Shown piece by piece: positions 27,825-37,505 of a stretch of 64,000 nt of DNA (position 1 is the stretch's first letter; every line of letters starts with the position of its first letter). The notes beneath the pieces are model-generated. The model made no database searches. It was not told the DNA's origin and saw only the letters and a list, made by a program, of their open reading frames with translations. The stretch spans positions 2,713-66,712 of the forward strand of contig JBNKHE010000001.1 in assembly GCA_050290185.1 (NCBI GenBank). Reading direction: 5' to 3'. The stretch comes from Pontiella sp. Lineage in GTDB: Bacteria; Verrucomicrobiota; Kiritimatiellia; Kiritimatiellales; Pontiellaceae. Both the position numbers and the translations under genes were made by a program.

Positions 27825-29762
27825 CTATAGCGTTGCATCAAATATGCCCTGAGGAATGGCCCATTCCCGGTCACTATTGATCGGCCGCGGCGGGGCTACC
27901 CGTATGCACTCCTTGTCGAAGTGCCGCGTTACGGGAACCTCCTTCAAGCGGGCGATATATTTGAAAAGGAACTCGTTCGAGGTCCGGTGCGCTATGATTT
28001 CCCCGCGCTGATCGGTTACCGTCACCAGATAGCCGTCATATACTTCACCGCGCATGCGGCTGCCCGCCTCAATCTGCATCGACTTGCAGACGCGTCGGAT
28101 CGGGCTGCCACTGGTAAACTCGACCATGAACTTGTTTTCCTTGCCGGGGGTAAAGGTCTTGGACCCTCGTTTCCATAAAACATAGTGGTCTCCTTCACGT
28201 TCCCGGCCAATGGCGAAATATTCAACCGTAAGCGGATAGGTGTATCGCACGGTATCCATCACCTTGACCCGGGTCTTAAAGGTGTAGTCCCTGATCTCAA
28301 CCGGACGACGCGTGTCATTAAACCGATCGCCGGGGTTCGGCGGTTGTTCAAGGGTGTCGATTTTTTCAGTAAAATCGATTCTCAACCTGGGCGGATTGCA
28401 CAGCACCAGATACTCCCGGTCCTCTTTTGAAAAACGGTCAACCGGTAGTTTTATTTCCCGACCATCCCCGGCTTTCATCCACACCGTCTGGCTTGTCTGG
28501 TTCGCCAGCTCCGCTTCAATGGTTTTTCCATCGCTCAGCGTCCAGGTGCGCAACGTGGACTTTACCTCCGGCACGCTGGCCCCCTCTTCTTCCGGTTCCG
28601 AATCCTCTTTTGCCACCTGTTTAGGGGCGAAGTCCTGAAAGATGGGCCCCTCGTTTATGGAGGCATCACCGGGATAGATCACGCGTTCCAAGTCCTCCAC
28701 CTGGGTGCGCGACTGGAGCGCGGTCTGGAAAATCGGCAGTGTTCGCCCACCGAGAAAAGGATTGGTAGGATATTTCTCGCCCTCGACTTCAACGCATAGC
28801 ATGAAACTCGAACCGCCACCATCGAACTCACAGATCAGCACTTGGAGCTTATGCGGTTCCCCGGCCTTCAAATCAATCCACTGCCCCTCGTGGGCATAGG
28901 CATAGGTCAACGGCGTAGGTTTTGCTTTCCAGCGGGCATACTCCCCGAAATAACTCCCGCCCGACCCCGCATAATTGCCAAGCCAAACCGCCAGCTTGGT
29001 TTCTCCGTCCACCGCCACACCTAGAAAATTATCTCCCATCCCCCAGAAGCGGAAGCGGATATCCTCATGCGACACCAGCACGCCCTCGTAAAGAGCTGCC
29101 CAGGCCCATCCCCCGATCCTGGGATCTTCGCCAAAAGCCAACGGGGCTGCCACGGAGGGTGTTTCCGGAATGACGATCGTGGTGGTATACAGCTTTTTAT
29201 TGGAGTGGTAGTAACGCTCCAGCTCGGACTTTTTCCAGCCGCTATCCAGAAACGTCCTCAAAATGGGACAAATCGTGTTGCTATGCGGATCATTGCCCGC
29301 AGCCGTCCAGTTTCCGTTGTTTCTTCGCTTAAGGTCATAGAACGTTCCCACCAAATCGTTCCCGCTACTTTCCGGCGTCCCGAAAATGCTCATTTCCCCG
29401 ATTTCCGGCAGGTCCATGAACTCGCCGCCAAGGCCGTCTCCCCCCCCCAGCAAACCCTCACCCGTTCCCATCAGATCCGGCAGCTGAATCTCCGGCATCT
29501 GCTTGGTTTTAATCTTGGCCACGATGCGGGACGAAGGTTTCGGCTGGGAGCTCTTCTTGACCTTTACTTTCGGCTTCTTGAGCTTCATCCTGGGCCGTTC
29601 GATCGGAGGCGGCGCCGCGAACTCGGGTTCCGGGTTGTTCACCACGGTAAAGATCACAAACAGGCCCGCGATGAAGAACGCGGCGGCATGGAAAATCAAG
29701 CTGATGACAAAGCCACTCGGAGCACCTTTATTAACCTTGTTTGCTTTGCTGGATTTAGTCAT
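27825..29762 (-). CDS. Membrane-anchored protein with PA14-like and SHD1-like domains
   Basis: N-terminal TM (SLIFHAAAF) and Pro/Lys-rich linker; RFRFWGMGDNFLGVAVDG; LRTWTLSDGKTIEAEL. Confidence 0.75.
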   Translation of the reverse strand: MTKSSKANKVNKGAPSGFVISLIFHAAAFFIAGLFVIFTVVNNPEPEFAAPPPIERPRMKLKKPKVKVKKSSQPKPSSRIVAKIKTKQMPEIQLPDLMGTGEGLLGGGDGLGGEFMDLPEIGEMSIFGTPESSGNDLVGTFYDLKRRNNGNWTAAGNDPHSNTICPILRTFLDSGWKKSELERYYHSNKKLYTTTIVIPETPSVAAPLAFGEDPRIGGWAWAALYEGVLVSHEDIRFRFWGMGDNFLGVAVDGETKLAVWLGNYAGSGGSYFGEYARWKAKPTPLTYAYAHEGQWIDLKAGEPHKLQVLICEFDGGGSSFMLCVEVEGEKYPTNPFLGGRTLPIFQTALQSRTQVEDLERVIYPGDASINEGPIFQDFAPKQVAKEDSEPEEEGASVPEVKSTLRTWTLSDGKTIEAELANQTSQTVWMKAGDGREIKLPVDRFSKEDREYLVLCNPPRLRIDFTEKIDTLEQPPNPGDRFNDTRRPVEIRDYTFKTRVKVMDTVRYTYPLTVEYFAIGREREGDHYVLWKRGSKTFTPGKENKFMVEFTSGSPIRRVCKSMQIEAGSRMRGEVYDGYLVTVTDQRGEIIAHRTSNEFLFKYIARLKEVPVTRHFDKECIRVAPPRPINSDREWAIPQGIFDATL

Positions 29763-29970
29763 GAGCCATCAGTTATTATTGCCCGTGCAAGTCATGCTAT
29801 CAAGTGAACCCATACGCACCGGAAATTTCCCTATCTACATGGAGAGTACCGTATTGCGGTTCGCACATCATTAGTTTTGACTGAACCGCTTTTTGACATT
29901 TTCACGCATAAAACAAGCAACCGTTGACCCGCCCGGCTTCTGTTCCGCCTGGCGACCCTCTTGCGCATCA

Positions 29971-31233
29971 TCAGTTGCCTTCGGGCTTCTCAGCACCGGA
30001 AGCCAGACTTGCGGGAATTCCCAGACGGTCCGGATCGTCTGGCCGGGAAGGATCAAACGTTCCAACATCAGGTCGCAGGGATTTGGCCAACTCCGGCACC
30101 TCGGCCTTGATGCCTTCGACGACGCAGCGCGCAAGCTCATATGCTCCATAGGCATTGTGGTGTGTATCGTCCTTAAGCTTTTTTTCCTGACCGGAAAAGG
30201 TATTGGCCGGATAGTGCACAAACGCCTTTGTTGAACCATCCTTCCCCATAGCTGCATAGAATTCCAGGCTCATGGCGTGCAGGTCGATAACCGGTACGTG
30301 CTGTTCCTTGCCCACCTGCCGCATGGCCTCGGCATAATCCGTCAGGGTTTCCTGCGGCTTGCCTCCGCTCCAGCGGCGACGCTCCATCGGGGTCACGAGC
30401 ACGGCATGGGCATCCTTGGTGCGTACCTTGGCAATATACTCCTCCAGTTCCTCTTTGTAGGTGGTAAATGGCCCAGAACCTTCCCGTTTGTCTTTCTGGT
30501 CGTTGTGGCCGAATTGAATAAACAGGTAGTCACCCGGCTTGATGGTGCTGATGATCTTGTCGAGGCGCTTTTCCCACAGGAAACTGAACAGCGCCCGGCC
30601 CGATTCCGCATGGTTGGCTACCGCAACATCAGGCTCAAAAAAACTGGGAAGCAACTGTCCCCACCCGGTCCAAGGCTCGCTGCGCTGATCGGTTACCGTG
30701 GAATCGCCAGCGATATATACGGTCACGGCATTGGGATTCGGATCGATCTTGATGGCTTCAACCCCTTCGATGCCCGGCAGAAACTCGAGCGTCAGCAGAT
30801 CGTCCCAATGGGCAATCATCGTGGGCTCTGATTCGCGACTGTTTAGCTTAACGCTTCCGCCGCCCTCGATCTCCGGTCGGCGAATGTTTACCGTGAATTT
30901 GCGGATATTGCCGTCGGCCTGCCCCTGCGACTTCAGCATCAACCGGCGCGATTCAGCCTTCACGGTGGCGTTGCCTGCCGCTTCGGGACTTTCAAAGGCA
31001 ACGGTTACATCATAGTTGCCTTCCGGCAGTTCGACGGCAAAAATATTGGGGTGCTCTTCCTGCCACCCATAGCTCCGGCTGTCGATGTATTCCTTATGGG
31101 GGGTCACCCGTGTAAATCCATCAGGCAGCTTTCCTTTCCCAAAATAAAATTTTTCGCCTGATTTCGTGCCGGCGCACGCCACCGACACCAACGCAACCCC
31201 CAAAAGAAGTAGTTTTGTAATTCCGGATTTCAT
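29971..31233 (-). CDS. Rhamnogalacturonan acetylesterase (CE12, SGNH), lipoprotein
   Basis: AGDSTV, GWGQ, NHAESG, QFGHND, DDTH; lipobox-like signal. Confidence 0.9.
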   Translation of the reverse strand: MKSGITKLLLLGVALVSVACAGTKSGEKFYFGKGKLPDGFTRVTPHKEYIDSRSYGWQEEHPNIFAVELPEGNYDVTVAFESPEAAGNATVKAESRRLMLKSQGQADGNIRKFTVNIRRPEIEGGGSVKLNSRESEPTMIAHWDDLLTLEFLPGIEGVEAIKIDPNPNAVTVYIAGDSTVTDQRSEPWTGWGQLLPSFFEPDVAVANHAESGRALFSFLWEKRLDKIISTIKPGDYLFIQFGHNDQKDKREGSGPFTTYKEELEEYIAKVRTKDAHAVLVTPMERRRWSGGKPQETLTDYAEAMRQVGKEQHVPVIDLHAMSLEFYAAMGKDGSTKAFVHYPANTFSGQEKKLKDDTHHNAYGAYELARCVVEGIKAEVPELAKSLRPDVGTFDPSRPDDPDRLGIPASLASGAEKPEGN

Positions 31234-31441
31234 ACTGTCCTCCATGCCAGATTAATTACCAAAATATATATCTTCCCGCGGGCACTGCTGTTGGTTAACC
31301 CCCGGGTTCCATAGTCCGTTGGCACGATACACCGTCATTAGCAAAACACCCACACGACGCAGCAATCCGCATCTGTACAATTCCAAACGTGATACCATTT
31401 ACTGAGCCCCGGCCGGAACGGGAACACGACAACCACCCACT

Positions 31442-32743
31442 TTATTTATCGAGCGAAAATGGTTGCCCGTTCACATTCACGTCTTTCAAAGTAACGGTAT
31501 GTACCTTGCCGCCAACATCCAGTGCCGCATCCCTGGCCGTCACATCAACATGCTGAAGTATGATATCACCGAATTGGGTCATTTTGTTCCCCTTGATCAC
31601 ACCGAGCGAACCGATGGATCCCGTGATGTTGGAAACCGTGATATTACGAACATAGGAAGTCGGTTCCGGCTGGCCCTGCGGATCGAAATACTGGCTCCAC
31701 TCCTTAATCTGGAACAGCGTTGCACCATCCGACGTCATGGAAATGTTGCGGACCATAAAATCCTCGTAGCATTGCGGCGTGTCCGGACGCAACTTAAGCC
31801 GCACGAGCGGCATCGGACCCATGATCTCGCAATCCTCCACGATCACATCTCGTACGATTGTAGCCTCGCTACCGCAGGTCACCACACCGTGTCCGCGTTT
31901 GAAGACACAGTCGGAAACCCGGATCTGTTCCACCGGGGGACTTGATTTATCCTCCATCGCAAAGGGGCCTTTCGTACCCTTGAGCGCGATACAATCGTCG
32001 TTGACTGAAAAATAGCACCCCCGAATGGTGACATTCTGGCAGCTGTCCACATCAACCCCGTCCGAGCTCGGCGGCTTTTCATCATCCGGCACCTCAAAAT
32101 GAACATCGTCCACCGTCACGCCTTGGCAATGGTAAAGGTGAAGATTCCAGAATTGGGCATCTTTGAAAGTGATCCCTTTCACCGTCACATTTCGGGAATT
32201 TGAAACCATGCAGAGCCGAGCGCGCGGGACATCAAGATTCTTGAATTCGCTGTTGCCGGCCCGCAGTTTCCAGAACAGATCCCAGATCGGTTTGCCGGCA
32301 CCGTCGAGCGAACCCTCGCCGCTGATCACCAGGCCGTCGCATTCATCAGCATTGATCAGTGCCGGGTTAAAATGTTCCTCGAAGTGCCCTTCGATGCGGG
32401 TGCGCTGCTCCGGGAAGTTTTTCATATCGGTAGAACACTGGAGCACGGCATCCTGCTCCAAACGCAGATTTACACCCGGCTTCATAAACAGCGCACCGCA
32501 GACAAACACCCCTTTGGGGACTACAACGGTTCCTCCGCCACTCGAGGCCGCTTGATCGATGGCGGACTGAATGGCTGCCGTATTCAGGGTCGCTCCGTCT
32601 CCCTTTGCACCGAATCCGGAAATATTGACCTCGTCGGCAAATGTCACCGAACCTGCCAGAAGCATCAGCGATATTACTTTGCAGATCCGCCGTCGCAGCA
32701 TAACCATGTCAAGCCTCACCCATTGCATCACTCTACCCTCCAT
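31442..32743 (-). CDS. Glycoside hydrolase family 28 (polygalacturonase-like)
   Basis: FGAKGDG, SSDGVD, NDDCIALKG, GHG, RLK motifs; start uncertain. Confidence 0.9.
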   Translation of the reverse strand: MEGRVMQWVRLDMVMLRRRICKVISLMLLAGSVTFADEVNISGFGAKGDGATLNTAAIQSAIDQAASSGGGTVVVPKGVFVCGALFMKPGVNLRLEQDAVLQCSTDMKNFPEQRTRIEGHFEEHFNPALINADECDGLVISGEGSLDGAGKPIWDLFWKLRAGNSEFKNLDVPRARLCMVSNSRNVTVKGITFKDAQFWNLHLYHCQGVTVDDVHFEVPDDEKPPSSDGVDVDSCQNVTIRGCYFSVNDDCIALKGTKGPFAMEDKSSPPVEQIRVSDCVFKRGHGVVTCGSEATIVRDVIVEDCEIMGPMPLVRLKLRPDTPQCYEDFMVRNISMTSDGATLFQIKEWSQYFDPQGQPEPTSYVRNITVSNITGSIGSLGVIKGNKMTQFGDIILQHVDVTARDAALDVGGKVHTVTLKDVNVNGQPFSLDK

Positions 32744-32896
32744 TATTGTTACCTATGGCAACTGTGTTTGACCACGCAACTATGACAAGCCATAGTTTCA
32801 ATTAAATGGATTGCGCTCAATTGCGAATTTCATGCCGTATTAAGCGTACGCATGACACAAATGGTCTGGCTGTTTACATTGTTGCTCCCTGTCACG

Positions 32897-33067
32897 GACG
32901 CACTCGACTCCGGTGGATTTACAGAATACGCCATCGCAGCCTGATCGACATCGAGCTCCCCGCTGTGGCTTTGCCGCAGCATCTGCATGATGCCGGAGCT
33001 GTCGCCGGGTTACCTCGATCCGGAGCGGCGGATGCGCGTCGAACATATTGGGGTAGATCCACGCACA
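32897..33067 (-). repeat. Possible degenerate tRNA-3'-end-copying element (Arg copy)
   Basis: CGCACTC matches tRNA-Arg acceptor; GTGGAT...ATCCAC; CGCGTCGAAC; terminal CGCACAC as in the Pro copy. Confidence 0.4.
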
Positions 33068-33099
33068 CGTTCTCTGTTTTCTTGAAGCATGGAGGAAAA

Positions 33100-33175
33100 T
33101 GGCGCACTCAGCAGGAGTCGAACCTGCAATCGACTGGTTCGAAGCCAGTTGCCCTATCCATTAGGCCATGAGTGC
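33100..33175 (-). tRNA. tRNA-Arg (TCG)
   Basis: GCACTCA acceptor, ACTGG-CT-TCG-AA-CCAGT, GTTCGACT, CCA. Confidence 0.95.
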
Positions 33176-33496
33176 GGCGAGTCATAATATGGGAGAAAGA
33201 CCAAGGGCGTGTAAACAAAGAAACATCAGCTCAACGTGCAGAAACAATGCCTCCAGACACTAAAAACAAACTCAACACGTATAAGAGCGGATTCAAGGAG
33301 TTTCAGGTATCGAAGGACGGCATCATCACCCCCACCGCCTGGCTACAGCACAACGTCCTCAAAATGTTGTGGTGCACGCTTTTCTTGCGTCAGGGGCTGC
33401 TCACGGAACGGGTTGCACAAGGATCTGTTTTCACCAAACCGGTAAAGCGCATGTGAGAATCCGTGGAATCACAAGGAATTTTTTTAAAATCGGGGG

Positions 33497-33525
33497 TTGG
33501 AGGGCCGTGTTTGTTCCTCTATATT
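33497..33525 (+). promoter_or_regulatory. Putative sigma-70 promoter of hisG
   Basis: TTGGAG-N17-TATATT. Confidence 0.45.
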
Positions 33526-33560
33526 CCCGCCTTTCCCAACGCTAAATAGGAAAACGATTT

Positions 33561-34433
33561 ATGAAGAAACTGGTTATCGGACTACCCAAGGGAAGCTTGC
33601 AGGAATCGACCTACGAGCTTTTCAAAAAGGCGGGATTCACCATTAAAGGCGGATCGCGCTCCTATTTCCCGTCCATCGATGACGATGAAATTGAAATTCG
33701 GATTTTGCGCGCCCAGGAAATGAGCCGCTATGTCGAGCATGGCATGCTTGACGCCGGCATTGCAGGGCTGGACTGGATCGAAGCCAACGGCTCGGATGTG
33801 GTTGATCTGTGCGATATGGTCTACTCCAAGCAGAGCAAGCGCCCGGTCCGCTGGGTACTCGCGGTTCCGAACGACTCCCCCATCAATTCCGTGAAGGATC
33901 TGGAAGGCAAAAAAATCGCGACAGAGGGCGTCGGTATCGTGGAACGCTGGCTCGACAAGAACGGCGTAAAGGCCGAGGTTGAATTTTCGTGGGGTGCTAC
34001 CGAAGTGAAGGTTCCCGATTTTGTCGACGCCATCGTGGACATTACGGAAACCGGAAGCTCGCTGCGGGCCAATAATCTGAAGATTGTTGAAACGCTTATG
34101 GAGTCGTACACCAAGTTTTTCTGCTCCAGGGATGCGTGGGCGGATGACTGGAAAAAGGACAAGCTCGAGAAGATCGCCCTGCTGCTGAAGGCGGCTCTGG
34201 ATGCCGATGACAAGGTCCTGTTGAAACTGAATGTTGAAGCGGACAACCTTGAAAAGGTAAAGAACCTGTTGCCCGCACTGCATTCCCCCACGGTCAATTC
34301 ACTTACTGATGATGGCTGGTATGCCATCGAAACGGTGGTCGACGAATCCGTCGTTCGCGAGATCATCCCCGATCTCAAGGCCAACGGAGCCGAAGGAATT
34401 ATAGAAATTAGCTTGAACAAAGTAGTGGCATAA
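33561..34433 (+). CDS. hisG: ATP phosphoribosyltransferase (long form)
   Basis: GLPKGSL, DAGIAGLDW, GATEVK, DITETGSSLRANNL, C-terminal ACT-like domain. Confidence 0.96.
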   Translation: MKKLVIGLPKGSLQESTYELFKKAGFTIKGGSRSYFPSIDDDEIEIRILRAQEMSRYVEHGMLDAGIAGLDWIEANGSDVVDLCDMVYSKQSKRPVRWVLAVPNDSPINSVKDLEGKKIATEGVGIVERWLDKNGVKAEVEFSWGATEVKVPDFVDAIVDITETGSSLRANNLKIVETLMESYTKFFCSRDAWADDWKKDKLEKIALLLKAALDADDKVLLKLNVEADNLEKVKNLLPALHSPTVNSLTDDGWYAIETVVDESVVREIIPDLKANGAEGIIEISLNKVVA

Positions 34434-34473
34434 CTATTGTAGTTGCCCTTTTGAGACGAAACCGGAGATTAAT

Positions 34474-34563
34474 ATGGGTACCATTAAGAAATGGCGTAAA
34501 AAGAAAATGTCGAACCATAAGCGGCGCAAGCGTCGTCGTGCGGACCGTCATAAGAAGAAATAG
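34474..34563 (+). CDS. Small basic protein, bS22/AURKAIP1-COX24 family (29 aa; absent from ORF track)
   Basis: RBS GGAG; MGTIKKWRKKKMSNHKRRKRRRADRHKKK*. Confidence 0.85.
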   Translation: MGTIKKWRKKKMSNHKRRKRRRADRHKKK

Positions 34564-34587
34564 GCATATCGAATGCCCGATTGATTT

Positions 34588-34630
34588 CAAGGCTGTTCGC
34601 TCCGGGCGTTCAGCCTTGCTTTTGTTTTTT
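34588..34630 (+). terminator. Putative terminator
   Basis: CAAGGCTG...CAGCCTTG stem followed by T-rich tract. Confidence 0.55.
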
Positions 34631-34694
34631 CAATCCTTGGAAGCCCACGGCTTTCAGGGATTGTTTTTTATTAGGGTGTAGCGATCCCCCGTAC

Positions 34695-35615
34695 TCAGCC
34701 GAGAATCCTACCCTTGGCAAGCGGATGCCCATTGAGGAACGATACCGCCGACATGCGCCCTTTCCCGGTCGGCTGGATTTCAGTCAGGCGCAACGCTCCT
34801 GTTCCGGTGGCCACGAGCAACGCATCATCCAGCAATTCACCCGGTTGTCCCGCACCATCCGCCAGACTGGCCTTCCAGACCTTGAGCGTATCCCCATCAG
34901 GCAACTGACAATAACTCCCCGGCCAGGGATCGAACGCCCGGATCCGGTTCCGGATGGTTTCCGCCGGTAGCGTCCAATCGATTTTCCCATCGTCCTTGCT
35001 CAGCTTGCGGATCTCGACGGCTTCGTCTTCGTTCTGCACGGTTCTGGCGACGCAGCCCTTCCGGATATCGTTAATGGACTTGAGCAGCAATACCGCGCCG
35101 AAATCGGCCAGTTTGTCATGCAGTGTGGCAGAGGTATCGTCGGATGCGATGGGATAGCTTTCCTGCCGGAGGATATCTCCCGCATCCATCTTTTTCGCCA
35201 GATAGATGATGCTCACGCCGGTGACGGTATCCCCGTTCAGAATGGCCCACTGAATTGGGGCAGATCCGCGGTATTTTGGCAAAAGCGATGGATGAACGTT
35301 GATGGCTTCGTGCCGGGCAAGCTGAATGACCTTTGACGGGATGTATTGTCCATAGGCGACCACAACGATCAGATCGGGCTCGAGAGATGCCAACGCCTGA
35401 ACCGATTCCGGCTCGCCCACCTTTTCAGGGGTCATTACGTTCAATCCATGCTCATCGGAAAAAGCCTTGAGCGGACAGGGCGTGAGTTTTCGCTTTCTTC
35501 CCGCAGGACGATCCGGCTGGGAAACCACGCCGACCACCTGGTCTTCGGCACTGTCGAGCAAAGCTTTGAGCGACGGCACCGCCAGCGCGGCCGATCCCAT
35601 GAAGATGATACGCAT
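34695..35615 (-). CDS. fmt: Methionyl-tRNA formyltransferase
   Basis: QPDRPAGR, INVHPSLLPKYRGSAPI, MDAGD. Confidence 0.96.
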   Translation of the reverse strand: MRIIFMGSAALAVPSLKALLDSAEDQVVGVVSQPDRPAGRKRKLTPCPLKAFSDEHGLNVMTPEKVGEPESVQALASLEPDLIVVVAYGQYIPSKVIQLARHEAINVHPSLLPKYRGSAPIQWAILNGDTVTGVSIIYLAKKMDAGDILRQESYPIASDDTSATLHDKLADFGAVLLLKSINDIRKGCVARTVQNEDEAVEIRKLSKDDGKIDWTLPAETIRNRIRAFDPWPGSYCQLPDGDTLKVWKASLADGAGQPGELLDDALLVATGTGALRLTEIQPTGKGRMSAVSFLNGHPLAKGRILG

Positions 35616-35638
35616 GTGCGCTCTCCCTATTGTACGGC

Positions 35639-37396
35639 TTATTCCGTTGCTCCGGCATCACCCCAACGGTTGCGGTCGCTGAAGAACATCTGATCCCGCC
35701 GCAACAGCGCCGTGCCTTGCTTGAGCGGAAAGTCGGTGGGTGTTCGGCCGCTCATAATCGGCAACCAGCTCTGTTCAGGCCCATCGAGCAACTGCCGAAC
35801 AAACGGCTTATTTTTCGTGAGCGTAGTGATATACAGGCCGCTGATATACTGCTTGTAGTCGTTGATTTGATAGAACTGCTCGACGTCCTTCGGCAACAGG
35901 ATTGAAACACGGTCGCCGTACCAAGCCGTGGCCCAGGGCATATCGGTGCACATGACTTCCCGGGGATTGAGCAGTTCCGATACCTTGCCAATGGCCGGCA
36001 CATAATAGGGCGGATAAGTCCCGTTCTCATGGGGCGGCATAAGCGTAAGAAAAAAAGGAAGTGCGCCCAACAAAACAATCAACAGTTTCAGGCCTATGTC
36101 ATACAACCGAACGCCTAGATCCAGACGATCGATCAGGATATAAAAGAAGGCCAGCGCATACAGAATGACAAATGGCCAGAAGGCGTGAATCATGCAGATG
36201 GAAGACTCGGAGAAAAAGCCGGCGATTAAAACGGTCAACAACAACGAGATCCCCACGCCCCACCGGAGATAGTTCACCTGCGGCCGGATAAAGTGGTAGA
36301 AGAACGCGACGATGAAAAAGGACATGAGAATGCCCCCGCCCATGGCAGGAACCGCTACGCTGTCCTTGCCAGAATAGTTCAGGATCCACTTCTCTTTGAG
36401 AGTTTTTACGCTGCCCAATATCGTAACTTCAGGATTGGGTTCGCGGGCCAGGGAATTATCCGGATATTTCGGGCTGTCCTCCAAAGCGGCATAGCCAACC
36501 ATACCCACAGGATTCCCGCAAATCTGGTAGTTCCGGACCAGCCAGGGGGAAATCATCAGGGCATACAGAAAGACAAAGATCACCACAAAACGCGTTCCTC
36601 CACGCAACCGTCCACTCATCAACCATGCGAACAGGCACAGCCCCGGAACCGCGGCAATCGCCACATAGCGGGTCAGGAAAGCGATCGCCGCAAATACAAT
36701 GGAAAACAGATAGGGAGCAACCCAATACAGCTTTGCCTCTCCATCCCGCTTGTTCAACATCGCCACGATCATGGTATAGAACGAAGCCATAATGAAAAAG
36801 ACGGCCATTGATATGTTGAGCCCCGAGATGGAATCACGCCACACGAGATCACTTAGATAGTAGATCGTCATCCCGAGGAACCCGATTTCCCTCGAAAACA
36901 ACCGTTTTCCCAACAGGAATAATAGCCCGCCGGTGAGGATGGCAAAGAAATGGTTGACCGCAAGAACGACCCACTGCTCGGCATGCATAGGGACCCCGGG
37001 GCCTTCCGGTATCCCGAAAACATCTACGCCGATCAAATCAAAAAATTTGAACCCGGCTCCCAGCACCACCGGATAGGCCGGAGGATGCAAAAGATCGGGA
37101 TGCCCGAAAATCTGTGAATTTTCATTGGCAGTGCGTGTCGACATTTTCCACATCGTCATCGGTCGCACACATTTGGTGACCAGACCGTCCTGAACGGAAA
37201 AATTACGGCCCAACTGGGCATAGTCCATGGCTTCCTCAGTCTTTAGACCGCGGAACTGGGTGGCGGTATAGACCATCACAACCACCAGGAGAACCAGGAA
37301 ATACAGGCAGACCCGGATGATCTTCAGACCAGTACCCGTGTCGATACTATAAACGATATCGTGTAGTGTAGACTCAAACGATTTGTTGTCGGCCAT
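35639..37396 (-). CDS. Membrane glycosyltransferase-like protein (GT-C / ArnT-PMT-like)
   Basis: Many TM helices; DYAQLGRN, HPPAYP, PWLVRN. Confidence 0.7.
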   Translation of the reverse strand: MADNKSFESTLHDIVYSIDTGTGLKIIRVCLYFLVLLVVVMVYTATQFRGLKTEEAMDYAQLGRNFSVQDGLVTKCVRPMTMWKMSTRTANENSQIFGHPDLLHPPAYPVVLGAGFKFFDLIGVDVFGIPEGPGVPMHAEQWVVLAVNHFFAILTGGLLFLLGKRLFSREIGFLGMTIYYLSDLVWRDSISGLNISMAVFFIMASFYTMIVAMLNKRDGEAKLYWVAPYLFSIVFAAIAFLTRYVAIAAVPGLCLFAWLMSGRLRGGTRFVVIFVFLYALMISPWLVRNYQICGNPVGMVGYAALEDSPKYPDNSLAREPNPEVTILGSVKTLKEKWILNYSGKDSVAVPAMGGGILMSFFIVAFFYHFIRPQVNYLRWGVGISLLLTVLIAGFFSESSICMIHAFWPFVILYALAFFYILIDRLDLGVRLYDIGLKLLIVLLGALPFFLTLMPPHENGTYPPYYVPAIGKVSELLNPREVMCTDMPWATAWYGDRVSILLPKDVEQFYQINDYKQYISGLYITTLTKNKPFVRQLLDGPEQSWLPIMSGRTPTDFPLKQGTALLRRDQMFFSDRNRWGDAGATE

Positions 37397-37505
37397 CTTA
37401 TCTCCAGTGCTAGTGCTTCAAGATTTGAAAATGAACGGCCTATTATTCATGAAGCATAGGGAAAGACAAGTTAACAGCCGTTCGAAAAGGAAGTGTTCAC
37501 ATGGG

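Noticed and set aside
33172..33456. ORF between tRNA-Arg and hisG
   Set aside because: Overlaps the tRNA promoter region; no homology cues; not a His-rich leader
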